64,000 bases of DNA from Planctomycetota bacterium (GCA_965223845.1 CBDCXR010000004.1:1024001-1088000), one strand, 5' to 3'. Positions 1-11,178 are shown, counted from the first letter of the stretch. The notes: a model not told the origin generated them from the sequence alone. A program made the numbers and translations.

Positions 1-1
1 T

Positions 2-1984
2 GGTCTCATGGCCAAGCCGTCGGGAAAGATCATCGAAACTCCGATCAAGGCGAGCTTCCGCGAAGGCTTGCGGGTCCTCGAGTACTTCTCCTCCACCCAC
101 GGTGCCCGGAAGGGACTCGCGGACACGGCGCTCAAGACGGCCGACTCCGGTTACCTCACGCGCAAGCTCGCGGACGTCGCTCAGAACGTTGTGATCACCG
201 AGCACGACTGCGGCACGCTCAACGGCATCACGAAGGGCGTGATCTACAAGGGCGACAAGGTCGAGATCCCCCTCGTTCGAAGCATCACCGGGCGGGTCGC
301 TCGCGACAAGATCGTCGATATCGTGTCCGACGAGGTGATCGTCGAGGAAAACCAGCTCATCACGGAAAAGGTCGCGCAGCGCATCGAATCGATGCGCTAC
401 GACAAGATCCGCGTGCGCTCGCCGCTAACCTGCGAGAGCGCTCTCGGCGTGTGTCGGTGCTGCTACGGCATGGACCTGTCCACCGGGCGCACCGTCGAGA
501 GCGGGCTCGCGGTCGGAATCATCGCGGCGCAGTCGATCGGCGAGCCGGGAACGCAGCTCACGATGCGGACGTTCCATATCGGCGGAATCGCCTCGAAGTC
601 GGTCGAGGAGACCGGCGTAACCGCGAAGCGTAAGGGTCGCGTTCAGTTCAGCAACTTGAAGGTGATCGCCAACGACCAAGGTCAGACGATCGTCCTCAAC
701 CGCACTGGCGAGATCGCGATCCTCGACGCGAAGGGAATCGAGCTCGAGCGCCACGAGGTGCCGGCGGGAGCCGTCGTCCTCGTGAACGAGGGCGACGAGA
801 TCAAGTCCGGAACGGAGATCGCGCAGTGGGATGCGCACATGATCCCGATCATCGCGGACAAAGGCGGAATCGCGGAGTACGACGACATCGTCGACGGCGT
901 CACGATGAAGCTCGAGGAAGATCCGGTGTCGAAGACCATGCGACGCCAGATCATCGAGCACAAGGGCGAGCTCCATCCGCAGATCGTCATCAAGGACACG
1001 AACGGCGAGCCCCTCGCCATGTACCCGATTCCGGAGAAGGCCTACGTCGAGGTCGAGCCCGGGCAGAAGGTCGGTGCGGGAACGCTCCTCGCGAAAACCC
1101 CTCGCGAGATGAGCGGAACGCAGGACATCACGGGAGGTCTGCCGCGCGTCACTGAGCTTTTCGAAGTGCGCCGGCCGAAGAATCCATCCGTGATTGCAGA
1201 AATCGACGGCTCGGTCGAGCTCGGCGAGAAGAAGCGCGGGAAGGCGACCATCCTCGTCCGCAACGATTCGGGCATGGAGGTCTCACACGTCATTCCGCAC
1301 GGCAAGCACTTCCGCGTTCACCGCGGGGACGTCGTCGAAGCCGGAGACGCCCTCGTCGACGGGCCACTCGTCCCGAAAGACATCCTCCGGATCAACGGAG
1401 AGGAAGCCGTCCAGCAGTACCTCCTCCGGGAAATCCAGAACGTCTACCGCTCGCAGAACGTGACGATCGACGATAAGCACATCGAGATCATCATCGCGCA
1501 GATGCTGCGGAATATCGAAGTCGTCGACTCCGGCGATACGGAGCTGCTGCCGGGGACGGTGATCGACAAGTACCGCTTCCGGAAGATCAATCAGGAGACC
1601 GTCAAGCTCGGGAAGAAGCCCGCGACCGCGGAGCCGCTCCTTCTCGGGATCACCAAGGCGTCGCTCCACTCGGAGAGCTTCATTTCGGCGGCGAGCTTCC
1701 AGGAGACGACCAAGGTGTTGACCGAGGCTGCGCTCGCGGGTAAAACCGACAGCCTTGTCGGCCTCAAAGAGAACGTCATCCTAGGGCACCTCGTGCCGGC
1801 TGGCACCGGGTTCAAGGAGTTCCTCGGGCGAACCGTCAAGAAGCTCGGCGAGCCCGTCGCGCGACGTGTGGAAAGCGTCAGGTTCGAGGAGGTCGACGCA
1901 CCCGCGGAGGTCGGGATCGCCGAAGGCGACAGCCCGACTCCGTCCGATGCGGTCGTCGCGCCTACCGATGAGATCGGTTCGTAG
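2..1984 (+). CDS. rpoC: RNA polymerase beta' subunit, C-terminal part (5' truncated by window)
   Basis: Motifs [69 protein letters not shown]. Confidence 0.99.
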   Translation, partial: GLMAKPSGKIIETPIKASFREGLRVLEYFSSTHGARKGLADTALKTADSGYLTRKLADVAQNVVITEHDCGTLNGITKGVIYKGDKVEIPLVRSITGRVARDKIVDIVSDEVIVEENQLITEKVAQRIESMRYDKIRVRSPLTCESALGVCRCCYGMDLSTGRTVESGLAVGIIAAQSIGEPGTQLTMRTFHIGGIASKSVEETGVTAKRKGRVQFSNLKVIANDQGQTIVLNRTGEIAILDAKGIELERHEVPAGAVVLVNEGDEIKSGTEIAQWDAHMIPIIADKGGIAEYDDIVDGVTMKLEEDPVSKTMRRQIIEHKGELHPQIVIKDTNGEPLAMYPIPEKAYVEVEPGQKVGAGTLLAKTPREMSGTQDITGGLPRVTELFEVRRPKNPSVIAEIDGSVELGEKKRGKATILVRNDSGMEVSHVIPHGKHFRVHRGDVVEAGDALVDGPLVPKDILRINGEEAVQQYLLREIQNVYRSQNVTIDDKHIEIIIAQMLRNIEVVDSGDTELLPGTVIDKYRFRKINQETVKLGKKPATAEPLLLGITKASLHSESFISAASFQETTKVLTEAALAGKTDSLVGLKENVILGHLVPAGTGFKEFLGRTVKKLGEPVARRVESVRFEEVDAPAEVGIAEGDSPTPSDAVVAPTDEIGS

Positions 1985-2060
1985 CTTCGGAGCGAACGTG
2001 TCCAGCCCATCCCCCAGGGGAATCTCAGAGAGGCGCGCGTAGGGAATTCAGAGAGGATCG

Positions 2061-2429
2061 ATGCCGACCTTCAACCAGCTGGTCCGCAAGGGCCGAAAGA
2101 AAGTTCCCCGAAAGAGCAAGGCGCCAGTCCTCGACCAGTGCCCGCAGCGGCGTGGCGTGTGCCTTCAGGTGCGCACCATGACCCCGAAGAAGCCGAATTC
2201 GGCCCTTCGGAAGATCGCTCGCGTTCGACTCACGAACGGGAAAGAGATCACGGCGTACATCGGCGGCGTCGGACACAACATACAGGAGCATTCGATCGTC
2301 CTGGTCCGCGGGGGCCGCGTGCGCGACCTCCCCGGCGTTCGGTATCACGTCGTGCGCGGGACGCTCGACGCGACGGGTGTCGACGGTCGGAAGCAGGGTC
2401 GATCGAAGTACGGAACTAAGGCCAAGTAG
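2061..2429 (+). CDS. rpsL: 30S ribosomal protein S12
   Basis: [36 protein letters not shown]. Confidence 0.99.
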   Translation: MPTFNQLVRKGRKKVPRKSKAPVLDQCPQRRGVCLQVRTMTPKKPNSALRKIARVRLTNGKEITAYIGGVGHNIQEHSIVLVRGGRVRDLPGVRYHVVRGTLDATGVDGRKQGRSKYGTKAK

Positions 2430-2447
2430 ACGTAAGCGCAGGGACGA

Positions 2448-2960
2448 ATGGCGTTTAGAGGATCTCGGAAAAAGAAAGACGAAAAGAAGAAGTTCAAGTT
2501 CAAGTCGACTGAACGCTTCTTGAAGCCCGATCCGAAGTGCGACAACTTGGTCGTCGCGAAGCTGATCAACAAGATCATGCTCGACGGTAAGAAGTCTGTC
2601 GCCCGCCGCGTCGTCTACGACGCCCTCGATATCATCGAGAAGCGCGTCAAGGACCAGGTTCCGCTCGACGTTCTCCTCACCGCCATCAACAACATCAAGC
2701 CGCGCCTTGAGGTGCGTTCTCGGCGGGTGGGCGGCGCGACGTACCAGGTCCCCATGGAGGTGAGCGCGCGGCGCCAGCAGACCCTGGCGATCCGGACGCT
2801 CGTGGGGAACAGCCGGTCGAAGAAGGGAAAGCCGCTCTCGGTGCGACTCGCTGACGAGCTGATCGACGCTTACAACCACCAGGGAGCGTCGATTCAGTGG
2901 CGGGAGAATACGCACAAGATGGCGGAGGCGAACAAGCTGTTCGCCCACTTCGCCTGGTAA
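2448..2960 (+). CDS. rpsG: 30S ribosomal protein S7
   Basis: MLDGKKS, RRVGGATYQVP, HKMAEANK..AHF; follows rpsL. Confidence 0.98.
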   Translation: MAFRGSRKKKDEKKKFKFKSTERFLKPDPKCDNLVVAKLINKIMLDGKKSVARRVVYDALDIIEKRVKDQVPLDVLLTAINNIKPRLEVRSRRVGGATYQVPMEVSARRQQTLAIRTLVGNSRSKKGKPLSVRLADELIDAYNHQGASIQWRENTHKMAEANKLFAHFAW

Positions 2961-3390
2961 GTCGGTTCCTCTCGGGGGCGTCGCGAGGCCCCTCTGCGCT
3001 CGGCCCGCCGGAACGAATGTACCCCGGCGATGCGCTCGGTGTGTCGGTGCGCACTCGGGAACATTCCGTCGCCGCGGCGGTGAGTCTTCTGCGCCGTCGC
3101 ACGCGTACGAGCTCGGCTTCACCTCGTCGGTTACGAGCGTGGGCGGGCGGGGTCCCCAAGTGATCGGTGGAGCGCGCGAGCCTGGCTTCGACCGGTTCGC
3201 CGGATTGTGGCCCGGCTTCCGCTTCGTTCGCGCGTTCGCGGGACCTCGTGGTGGAATCCTCGCACCAACGGACGCGGGTTCGGCCTGGGGATGCCCGCAA
3301 ATCAACGGTCGCGCGAGCGCCGTCGACGACCGTTCGAGGGGTGATTCTGACCGGTCGAAGTTTGCGGGCGAGGTTGGTGTCAGTTCCCTG

Positions 3391-3418
3391 TTGACAGCCG
3401 ACCCCGAAAATCTATAAT
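3391..3418 (+). promoter_or_regulatory. Sigma70-type promoter of the S10 operon
   Basis: TTGACA (3391-3396), 16 bp spacer, TATAAT (3413-3418); consensus hexamers in a GC-rich background upstream of rpsJ. Confidence 0.85.
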
Positions 3419-3863
3419 TTCAATCTTTACCCTCCGAGCCGGGTAACCCTTAGTTTAAGCACCATAAGGGTTTACGTGGATCGGCCACGGCGAGATCAGG
3501 CGCCTTTCGGCACCCTTCGGGGTCGATCGAGGGGTGATTTTGTCTCTGAACCGTTCGGGCTGATCCCATTCGGCGGGGGTGCCCACCGCGAATTGGCGTT
3601 GAGCCGCGGTTCCCGCGTCGACCCGCCAGGTGGCAACGACCGGTCGTCGACCCGGCGCGAAGACTCGCGCGGCGACGATTTCACCCGGCGTGTGCCGCAG
3701 CGGCGACGGCCCGAATCGGACGGTGAATTCGGTGTGCCCGCAGATCGGGGGGACGTCGCGGCGCGGAGCCTCGCGCGAGGGCGATCGCCGACCCGCGCGA
3801 GGCGTCGCGGTCAATCACGATGGAGCGCGGCTTCTGCCGCAGCCGGCGAGAGGCCGGAACGGA

Positions 3864-4163
<300 letters not shown>

Positions 4164-4164
4164 C

Positions 4165-4196
4165 GCTCAGCTTTCACCGAGCTGAGCTTTTTTTTT
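4165..4196 (+). terminator. Intrinsic terminator-like hairpin between rpsJ and rplC
   Basis: GCTCAGCT / 7-nt loop / AGCTGAGC followed by a T9 run. Confidence 0.7.
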
Positions 4197-4301
4197 GCTC
4201 GTCCGGGGGCCAACCGGCGCCGGCGGGCCGGTGAGATTCATCGGTTCAGAAGAGATTCGGCAGAGATTCAGCGCCTTGTTCGCTGCCCGCGACTGAGAAC
4301 C

Positions 4302-4976
4302 ATGGCTAGTCAGACACGACAGAACAAGAAATCGCTTCTCGGGAAGAAAGTCGGGATGACCCGCGTGTTTAGCGAGGACGGGAAGCATGTACCCGTCACG
4401 GTCATCCAGGCTGGCCCCTGCACCGTGCTCCAGGTTCGGACGGCGGAGAAGGACGGCTACACGGCCGTGCAGCTCGCGTTCGACGACGTACGGAAGCGGC
4501 GGAAGAAGCCGCAGCAGGCGGTGTACGACAAGCTGGGCTGCGCCCAGAAGCGTTTGGTGCGCGAAGTCCCGCACGTCGATCCGTCGGACATCCAGACGGA
4601 TGGGGAAGACGGCGGCGAGGTCGCCCCCGGTTCGACGGTGAACGTCAGCGTCTTCGAGGGCGTTGCGCGCGTCGACGTCGGCGGCGTCTCGAAGGGACGC
4701 GGCTTCTCCGGCGGTGTTCGTCGCCACGGGTTCTCGACCGGCGACGAATCACACGGTGGGAAGAGCGTGAGGCTTCGCGGAAGTACGGGAATGCACACGG
4801 ATCCGGGTCGCGTTCTCAAGGGAACGAAGATGCCCGGTCAGTACGGCAACAAGAAGTGCAAGGTCAGAAACCTCGACGTCGTGAGCATCGACCCCGAGGA
4901 GAACTTGCTCGTCGTCAAGGGAGCGGTGCCCGGACCGAACGGTGGGTACCTCTACATCGAGGAGAGCCTGTCGTGA
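4302..4976 (+). CDS. rplC: 50S ribosomal protein L3
   Basis: GKKVGMT, PVTVI, DGYTAVQL, SKGRGF, MPGQYG, KGAVPG. Confidence 0.98.
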   Translation: MASQTRQNKKSLLGKKVGMTRVFSEDGKHVPVTVIQAGPCTVLQVRTAEKDGYTAVQLAFDDVRKRRKKPQQAVYDKLGCAQKRLVREVPHVDPSDIQTDGEDGGEVAPGSTVNVSVFEGVARVDVGGVSKGRGFSGGVRRHGFSTGDESHGGKSVRLRGSTGMHTDPGRVLKGTKMPGQYGNKKCKVRNLDVVSIDPEENLLVVKGAVPGPNGGYLYIEESLS

Positions 4977-5659
4977 GTGCTGCCGAACCCGTCTCCGTTC
5001 CGGTGAAAGATCCGTCGGGGAACGACGTCGGAAATCGAGAGCTGCCGACGGCGGCCGTCGACACGCGTATCCGCTACCGACTCCTCAAAGATTCCGCCGT
5101 CATGTATCTCGCCAACCAGCGCCGCGGCACGCACAAGACGAAGTCGCGCAGCGAGGTTGCCGGTGCGACGTCGAAGCCGTGGCGTCAGAAGGGGACGGGG
5201 CGGGCTCGCGCTGGCTCCCGCAAGTCGCCGGTGTGGCGTGGGGGAGGAGTTGCGTTCGGTCCGCGTCCGCGCGACTACTCCTACTCGATCAATCGCAAGC
5301 AAAAGCAGCTCGCCGTGCGTTCGGCGTTGCTCGGTAAGGTTCGTGACGGTCAGGTTCTCGTGCTCGACGGCCTCGAGCTCGACCGCCCGAGCACGAAGAC
5401 GCTCGCGTCCGCACTCCGGGCGTGCGGCGTGAATGGGCGGTGCCTCATCGGTCTCGACACGCACGACCGTACGATCACCCTCTCGGCACGAAACATCCCG
5501 GGAGTGAAGGTGGCGCCGGTGGCTGAATGGAACGCGCTCGATCTCCTCAACGCGCGGTCGGTCGTTCTTTTTCCCGGCGCGGTCGATCGCCTCGGGACGA
5601 CGGTCGGAGCCCGCCGGGCGGCACGCGTCGACGCGGCACGGGCCGAGACGGAGGCGTAG
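4973..5659 (+). CDS. rplD: 50S ribosomal protein L4
   Basis: RGTHKTKSRSEV, KPWRQKGTGRARAGS, GGGVAFGPRPR; GTG start overlapping the rplC stop. Confidence 0.97.
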   Translation: MSAAEPVSVPVKDPSGNDVGNRELPTAAVDTRIRYRLLKDSAVMYLANQRRGTHKTKSRSEVAGATSKPWRQKGTGRARAGSRKSPVWRGGGVAFGPRPRDYSYSINRKQKQLAVRSALLGKVRDGQVLVLDGLELDRPSTKTLASALRACGVNGRCLIGLDTHDRTITLSARNIPGVKVAPVAEWNALDLLNARSVVLFPGAVDRLGTTVGARRAARVDAARAETEA

Positions 5660-5666
5660 GTTCGCG

Positions 5667-5948
5667 ATGGATATTCACGAAGTACTCAAACGTCCCGTTC
5701 TTTCGGAGAAGAGCTCCCGCGGGATGGAGAACCAGAACGCTTACGTATTCGAGGTTCATCCCCAGGCGAACAAGATCCTCGTCCGGAAGGCGATCGAGAC
5801 GCTCTTCGGCGACATCAAGGTCGTCAAGGTCAACATTCGCAATCGCAAAGGTCGTCTGAAGCGAGTCGGCCGGAGCGTCGGTTACACGAAGGACCGAAAG
5901 GAAGCCATCGTGACGCTCCGACCCGGCGACAAGCTCGACGTGTACTGA
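5667..5948 (+). CDS. rplW: 50S ribosomal protein L23
   Basis: PVLSEKS, YVFEV..ANK, KEAIVTL; position in operon. Confidence 0.97.
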   Translation: MDIHEVLKRPVLSEKSSRGMENQNAYVFEVHPQANKILVRKAIETLFGDIKVVKVNIRNRKGRLKRVGRSVGYTKDRKEAIVTLRPGDKLDVY

Positions 5949-5951
5949 TCC

Positions 5952-6776
5952 ATGGGAATTCGCATCTACAAGCCGACGAGTCCCGGGCGCCGCGGCGGGA
6001 GTGTGTCCGATTTTTCGGACATCACGAAGAAGACTCCGGAGAAATCGCTCCTCGTCAAGCTGAAGAAGCACAGCGGCCGGAACAATCGCGGACGCATCAC
6101 CATGCGTCACCACGGAGGTGGGCATAAGCCCGTTTACCGGCTGGTCGATTTCAAGCGGAACAAGGCCGGCGTGCCGGCCAAGGTGGCCGCGATCGAGTAC
6201 GACCCGAATCGGTCGGCGCGCATCGCGCTCCTTCACTACGCCGACGGCGAGAAGCGATACATCATCGCTCCGGCGGATCTGACGGTTGGGAAGACGGTCG
6301 TCTCCGGCGAGGCGGCGGAGCCTGTCGTCGGGAATTCGATGCCGCTCGCGCAGATTCCTCTCGGAATGCAGATCCACAACATCGAGCTCCGGCCGGGCCA
6401 AGGCGGAAAACTCGTTCGCTCGGCGGGGACATCTGCGACGCTGCAGGCGAAGGAGGGGAGCTACGCGCTCATTCTCCTGCCGTCGAAGGAGGTGCGCCGC
6501 ATTCACCTCACTTGCCGCGCGACCATCGGTGAAGTCGGAAACAGCGAGCACCAGAACATCAAGATCGGAAAAGCGGGACGAAACCGCTGGCGCGGCATTC
6601 GTCCGACCGTTCGGGGCTCGGCGATGAATCCAGTCGCGCATCCGATGGGTGGAGGGGAAGGTCGACGTTCCGGCGGACGTCACCCGAAATCGAAGTGGGG
6701 GGTCCCGTCGAAGGGCGGGAAGACGAGAAACCGGCGGAAACAGTCGAGCAAGCACATCGTGAGAAGGCGGAAGTAG
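5952..6776 (+). CDS. rplB: 50S ribosomal protein L2
   Basis: [39 protein letters not shown]. Confidence 0.99.
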   Translation: MGIRIYKPTSPGRRGGSVSDFSDITKKTPEKSLLVKLKKHSGRNNRGRITMRHHGGGHKPVYRLVDFKRNKAGVPAKVAAIEYDPNRSARIALLHYADGEKRYIIAPADLTVGKTVVSGEAAEPVVGNSMPLAQIPLGMQIHNIELRPGQGGKLVRSAGTSATLQAKEGSYALILLPSKEVRRIHLTCRATIGEVGNSEHQNIKIGKAGRNRWRGIRPTVRGSAMNPVAHPMGGGEGRRSGGRHPKSKWGVPSKGGKTRNRRKQSSKHIVRRRK

Positions 6777-6779
6777 CCC

Positions 6780-7046
6780 ATGGGACGGTCGCTGAAGAAG
6801 GGTCCGTATATCGACGCGAAGCTCCTCAAAAAGGTGGAGTCGCAGGGTCGAAGCGACGCGCCGATCAAAACCTGGGCGCGGGCGTGCACGATCATCCCCG
6901 AGTTCGTCGGGTTGACCTTCATGGTGCACAACGGCAAGGACTTCAAGAAGGTTTACGTGACCGAGAACATGGTCGGGCACAAGCTCGGCGAGTTCTCCCT
7001 CACCCGCACGTTTCGCGGGCACGGTGGCGGGAGGAAGGGAAAGTAA
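6780..7046 (+). CDS. rpsS: 30S ribosomal protein S19
   Basis: [16 protein letters not shown]. Confidence 0.98.
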   Translation: MGRSLKKGPYIDAKLLKKVESQGRSDAPIKTWARACTIIPEFVGLTFMVHNGKDFKKVYVTENMVGHKLGEFSLTRTFRGHGGGRKGK

Positions 7047-7076
7047 TCCGAGGAATCGAGTTCGGAGCTCGGCCGC

Positions 7077-7442
7077 GTGCCCACGGACGACGACATGTAC
7101 AAGGCAACTCACAAGTACGCGCGAATCTCGGCTCGGAAGGCCCGGCTGGTCATCGACATGATCCGCGGCGAGCCCGTCGAGTCCGCGCTCAGTAAGCTGA
7201 AGTTTTGTCCGCGCCGCGCCGCGCCGATGATCCGAAAGGTCGTCCAGTCGGCGGTGGCGAACGCGACGCAGAAGGACGGTCTCGATGCGGACGAGCTCCT
7301 CGTCTGGCGGTGTTACGTCGACGAAGGGCCGACGATGAAGCGATGGCGCCCGCGCTCGATGGGGCGCGCGTTCCCGCGGCTCCGGCGGTCGTGTCACCTG
7401 AGCGTCGAGCTGCGACGCGCGGAAGACGTCGCGGAGAACTGA
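7077..7442 (+). CDS. rplV: 50S ribosomal protein L22 (start GTG 7077 or ATG 7095)
   Basis: RISARKARLVIDMIRG, VDEGPTMKR.RPRSMGRA. Confidence 0.97.
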   Translation: MPTDDDMYKATHKYARISARKARLVIDMIRGEPVESALSKLKFCPRRAAPMIRKVVQSAVANATQKDGLDADELLVWRCYVDEGPTMKRWRPRSMGRAFPRLRRSCHLSVELRRAEDVAEN

Positions 7443-7498
7443 CCTGCGGGAAACGGGCGCTCAGCCGGTAACGACAGTACTCAGGAAACGGAAACGGA

Positions 7499-8164
7499 AT
7501 GGGACAAAAGGTTCACCCGACTGGGTTTCGCATCGGGATCACCGAGAACTGGCGCTCGCGCTGGATCGCGAATAAGCAGCAGTACGGCAAGCTGCTGATT
7601 CAGGACCAGCTCATCCGCCGGTACATCAAGCGCGAGTTCGAACAGGCGGGCATCCCGCTCATCGAAATCGAGCGCGATCGCGAGCGGCTGCACGTCTACC
7701 TGCACACCTCACGGCCCGGCGTCATCATCGGCCGGAAGGGAGCGAAGGTCGAGCAGCTGAAGGAAGATCTCGAAGCGATCTGCGGTCAGGAGGTCAAGCT
7801 CGAGATCCGCGAGATTTCGACGCCGGAGCTCGACGCCCAGCTCGTCGCCGAGTCGGTGGCGATGCAGCTCTCGAAGCGCGGAACGTTTCGCCGGGTCATG
7901 AAGATGGCTCTCAAGGCGACGATGGAGCGCGGCGCGCTCGGAGTGAAGCTGCGGGTGGCGGGACGCCTGGGCGGCGCGGAGATGGCCCGGCGCGAGGCGT
8001 TCGCCGAGGGAAAGATCCCGCTCCAAACATTGCAAGCTCACGTCGACTACGGCTTCGCGGAAGCGAAGACGACTTACGGTTCGATCGGCGTCAAGTGTTG
8101 GATTTACCACGGCCAGTACAGCGCGGAGGAACAGAGCCATGGCTCTCATGCCAAAAAGGGTTAA
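7499..8164 (+). CDS. rpsC: 30S ribosomal protein S3
   Basis: MGQKVHPTGFRIG, RPGVIIG, GRLGGAEMAR, PLQTL. Confidence 0.99.
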   Translation: MGQKVHPTGFRIGITENWRSRWIANKQQYGKLLIQDQLIRRYIKREFEQAGIPLIEIERDRERLHVYLHTSRPGVIIGRKGAKVEQLKEDLEAICGQEVKLEIREISTPELDAQLVAESVAMQLSKRGTFRRVMKMALKATMERGALGVKLRVAGRLGGAEMARREAFAEGKIPLQTLQAHVDYGFAEAKTTYGSIGVKCWIYHGQYSAEEQSHGSHAKKG

Positions 8165-8558
8165 GTTCCGTAAGCACCAGCGCGGACGCGCGTACGGTTG
8201 TGCCACGCGCGGCAATTACGTCGCGTACGGCGAGTTCGGACTTCAGTCGCTCGACGCCGGATGGATTCGTGCGAATCAAATCGAAGCCGGTCGCGTGACG
8301 GCGAACCGAGCCGTCGGAGGCGAAGGACGCATCTACATTCGCATCTTCCCGGACAAGCCGATCAGCTCGAAGCCGGCCGAGACGCGAATGGGGAAGGGGA
8401 AGGGCGAACCGGACTACTACGCCGCCGTCGTCCGACCGGGCACGATCCTCTACGAGGTCGGCGGAGTCCCCGAAGACGTCGCGCGTCAGGCGCTCAATCG
8501 AATTTCCCACAAGCTTCCCGTCCGCGTCCGTATGGTGCGGCGACATCCTAAGGTCTGA
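8139..8558 (+). CDS. rplP: 50S ribosomal protein L16
   Basis: MPKRVKFRK.QRG, QIEAGR, RMGKGKG. Confidence 0.98.
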   Translation: MALMPKRVKFRKHQRGRAYGCATRGNYVAYGEFGLQSLDAGWIRANQIEAGRVTANRAVGGEGRIYIRIFPDKPISSKPAETRMGKGKGEPDYYAAVVRPGTILYEVGGVPEDVARQALNRISHKLPVRVRMVRRHPKV

Positions 8559-8594
8559 GTACGAGGCTCCGCCATAGGCGGGAGAGAACGAGCG

Positions 8595-8798
8595 ATGCAG
8601 CTCAAGGAAATCCGGGGACTGCCGGACGACGAGATTCGGGTCGAGCTCGAGAAGGCCCGCGAAAAGCTGTTCCGCATCCGCTTCCAGGCCAAGGGCAAGG
8701 ACGTCGAGAATCCGGGACAGATGACGAATATCAGACGGTCGATCGCGCGGATGCTCACCGTGTTGCGGGAGCGCCAGATCAAGGCCGCGGCACAGTGA
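8595..8798 (+). CDS. rpmC: 50S ribosomal protein L29
   Basis: LFRIRFQ...ENP..IRRSIARMLT; position in operon. Confidence 0.96.
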   Translation: MQLKEIRGLPDDEIRVELEKAREKLFRIRFQAKGKDVENPGQMTNIRRSIARMLTVLRERQIKAAAQ

Positions 8799-8829
8799 GT
8801 GAACGGGCCGCGGTAAAGGGAGTCATAGA

Positions 8830-9102
8830 ATGAGTTCGGAGTCCTCGTCGAGCCGCAAGCAGCCTCGCACCGTGACCGGTGTGGTGAGCAGCGACAAGAT
8901 GAACAAGACCCGGTCGGTGACGATCCAGCGACTAGTGAAACACCCGCTCTACAAGAAGTACATCCGTCGGCGGACCACCTACAAGGTCCACGATGAGAAC
9001 AACACTTCTCGCGTCGGGGACAAGGTGCTGATCGCTCGTACGCGACCGCTGTCGAAGACGAAAAGTTGGCGCTTGGTGGAGGTCCTGGAACGCTCGCACT
9101 GA
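8830..9102 (+). CDS. rpsQ: 30S ribosomal protein S17
   Basis: [28 protein letters not shown]. Confidence 0.98.
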   Translation: MSSESSSSRKQPRTVTGVVSSDKMNKTRSVTIQRLVKHPLYKKYIRRRTTYKVHDENNTSRVGDKVLIARTRPLSKTKSWRLVEVLERSH

Positions 9103-9166
9103 TCACGGCGCGGCCGAACGGGCCGTCGCGACGGCGGATACCGCCGGTGCGAGGGGAGATCAAGCT

Positions 9167-9535
9167 ATGATCCAGATGCAGACCAAGCTCGACGTCGCGG
9201 ACAACACCGGCGCCAAGGTCGTCCAGTGTATCCACGTGCTCGGAGGGACGAAGCGGCGCTACGCGCAACTCGGCGACATCATCGTCTGCTCCGTAAAGAA
9301 GGCTCTGCCGTCGAGCGACATCAAGCCGGGAACGGTCGTGAAGGGCGTCATCGTCCGCACGAAGAACGCGGTTCGCCGGGACGACGGCTCGTACGTGCGC
9401 TTCGACAAGAACGCCGTCGTGCTCGTCGACAACGACAAGAATCCGCGCGGCACTCGAATCTTCGGTGCCGTCGCCCGGGAGCTCCGGCAAAAGAACTACA
9501 TGAAGATCGTGTCGCTCGCTCCGGAGGTCGTGTGA
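9167..9535 (+). CDS. rplN: 50S ribosomal protein L14
   Basis: MIQMQT.L.VADNTGA, GTRIFG.VAREL, SLAPEV. Confidence 0.99.
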   Translation: MIQMQTKLDVADNTGAKVVQCIHVLGGTKRRYAQLGDIIVCSVKKALPSSDIKPGTVVKGVIVRTKNAVRRDDGSYVRFDKNAVVLVDNDKNPRGTRIFGAVARELRQKNYMKIVSLAPEVV

Positions 9536-9840
9536 TGAATCTGAAACGTGACGACCTCGTCGTGGTGCTCTCTGGATCGCAAAAGGGCAAGCAGGGTCGA
9601 GTGCTCAAGGTGCTCGAAGGGACGGATCAGGTGCTCGTCCAGGGCGTGAACGTGCGCTACAAGCACCTTCGGAGAAGTCAAAAGCATCCCCAGGGCGGCC
9701 GCGTCCAGCGGGAGATGCCGATTCCCGCGTGCAAGGTGGCGATCGTCGATCCGAAGACGAACCGTCCGACGCGGGTGGGATATCGAATGGAAGGTGGCCG
9801 CAAGGTGCGGTACGCCAAACGGAGCGGTGAACCCGTATAA
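9535..9840 (+). CDS. rplX: 50S ribosomal protein L24
   Basis: KOW-like DLVVVLSGSQKGKQG; ATG overlaps the rplN stop. Confidence 0.96.
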   Translation: MNLKRDDLVVVLSGSQKGKQGRVLKVLEGTDQVLVQGVNVRYKHLRRSQKHPQGGRVQREMPIPACKVAIVDPKTNRPTRVGYRMEGGRKVRYAKRSGEPV

Positions 9841-9843
9841 GCC

Positions 9844-10383
9844 ATGGCGCGCCTCTTAGAGCAGTACAATCGCGAGATCGTTCCGAAGCTGATGGAACAG
9901 TTCGGTTCCGGCAACCGGCTCGCCGTTCCACGCCTTCACAAGATCACTCTCAACATGGGAGTCGGTCGCGCGATCGAGAACAACAAGCGGATCGAAGCCG
10001 CTGTGCGCGATCTCACGACGATCGCCGGGCAGAAGCCCGTCATCACCAAGGCGAGGAAGTCGATCGCCGGCTTCAAGCTTCGCCAGGGGATGAACGTCGG
10101 CGTCAAGGCGACTCTGCGCGGACCGCGCATGTACGAGTTCTTCGACCGCCTCATCGCCGTGGTGATTCCGCGTATCCGCGACTTTCGTGGATTCTCGAAG
10201 AAAGCCTTCGACGGCCAAGGAAACTACTCACTGGGGCTCACGGAGCAGCTCGTCTTCCCGGAGATCAAGATCGACGACGTCGAGTTTCCCCAGGGGCTCG
10301 ACATCACGCTGACGATCGATCGATCGAATCCGGAGCGTTCGCTCGCCCTCATGGAGATGTTCGGATTTCCCTTTAGAAAGTAA
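9844..10383 (+). CDS. rplE: 50S ribosomal protein L5
   Basis: KITLNMGVG, GQKP..TKARKSIAGFKLR, PRIRDFRG. Confidence 0.99.
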   Translation: MARLLEQYNREIVPKLMEQFGSGNRLAVPRLHKITLNMGVGRAIENNKRIEAAVRDLTTIAGQKPVITKARKSIAGFKLRQGMNVGVKATLRGPRMYEFFDRLIAVVIPRIRDFRGFSKKAFDGQGNYSLGLTEQLVFPEIKIDDVEFPQGLDITLTIDRSNPERSLALMEMFGFPFRK

Positions 10384-10449
10384 AACGCCTGAGACGCGGC
10401 GGTGGCCCGTGAGGTCGCGGCACCGCCGATCTCGATCAGGAGGAATGAG

Positions 10450-10635
10450 GTGGCAAAGACTTCCTGGCGCATCAAGCAACAGAGAACGCCCAAGTTCTCG
10501 ACGCGGCGCTACAACCGTTGTCAGCTCTGCGGACGTCGACGTTCGTACTACCGCAAGTTTCAGATCTGCCGCGTGTGCTTCCGCACTCTCGCTCTGAAGG
10601 GCGAGATCCCGGGAGTGCGCAAGGCGAGCTGGTAA
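10450..10635 (+). CDS. rpsN: 30S ribosomal protein S14, zinc-binding type Z
   Basis: 61 aa with CQLC...CRVC and [11 protein letters not shown]; GTG start. Confidence 0.96.
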   Translation: MAKTSWRIKQQRTPKFSTRRYNRCQLCGRRRSYYRKFQICRVCFRTLALKGEIPGVRKASW

Positions 10636-10779
10636 TTCGCGGGCGTCGCAGCTCGGCGGTGATCGTGCGGTGCGCGGCGGTGTTTTAGCGGAAAAAAAAG
10701 ACGGCTGGGAAGAACTTTGCGCCGGGCGCCGGCGCGGCGAATACGGCGTCTTGAGAGACCCTTCGGTGAGACTTGTCGC

Positions 10780-11178
10780 ATGAGTATGACGGACCCGATT
10801 GCGGACCTTTTGACTCGAATCCGGAACGCGAACGCGAACGGATACACCGAGGTCAAGATTCCGTATTCGCGCATCAAGAAAGACATCCTTCGCGTGTTGA
10901 AGGAACAGGGCTACATCACGGACTACCACTCCGAGATGGCTGGGGCGCGGGCGATTCTCCGCATCGAGCTCAAGTACGGCGACGACGGTGAGAAGGTGAT
11001 CCAGCACATCCAGCGCGTCTCCAAGCCCGGCCGACGACTTCACTGCGGAACGAAGGAATTGCCGGACGTCCTCAACGGCCTCGGAATCGCAGTCGTGTCG
11101 ACGTCGAAGGGGGTGATCTCGAACCTCGAGGCGAAGAAGCTCGGCGTCGGCGGCGAGGTGCTCTGCGAGGTTTGGTAG
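10780..11178 (+). CDS. rpsH: 30S ribosomal protein S8
   Basis: TDPIADLLTRIRNA, RVSKPGRR, STSKGV, GGEVLCEVW. Confidence 0.98.
   Translation: MSMTDPIADLLTRIRNANANGYTEVKIPYSRIKKDILRVLKEQGYITDYHSEMAGARAILRIELKYGDDGEKVIQHIQRVSKPGRRLHCGTKELPDVLNGLGIAVVSTSKGVISNLEAKKLGVGGEVLCEVW

Noticed and set aside
2961-3390. Possible tRNA or fusA remnant after rpsG
   Set aside because: No cloverleaf or T-loop signature and no EF-G motifs in any listed frame
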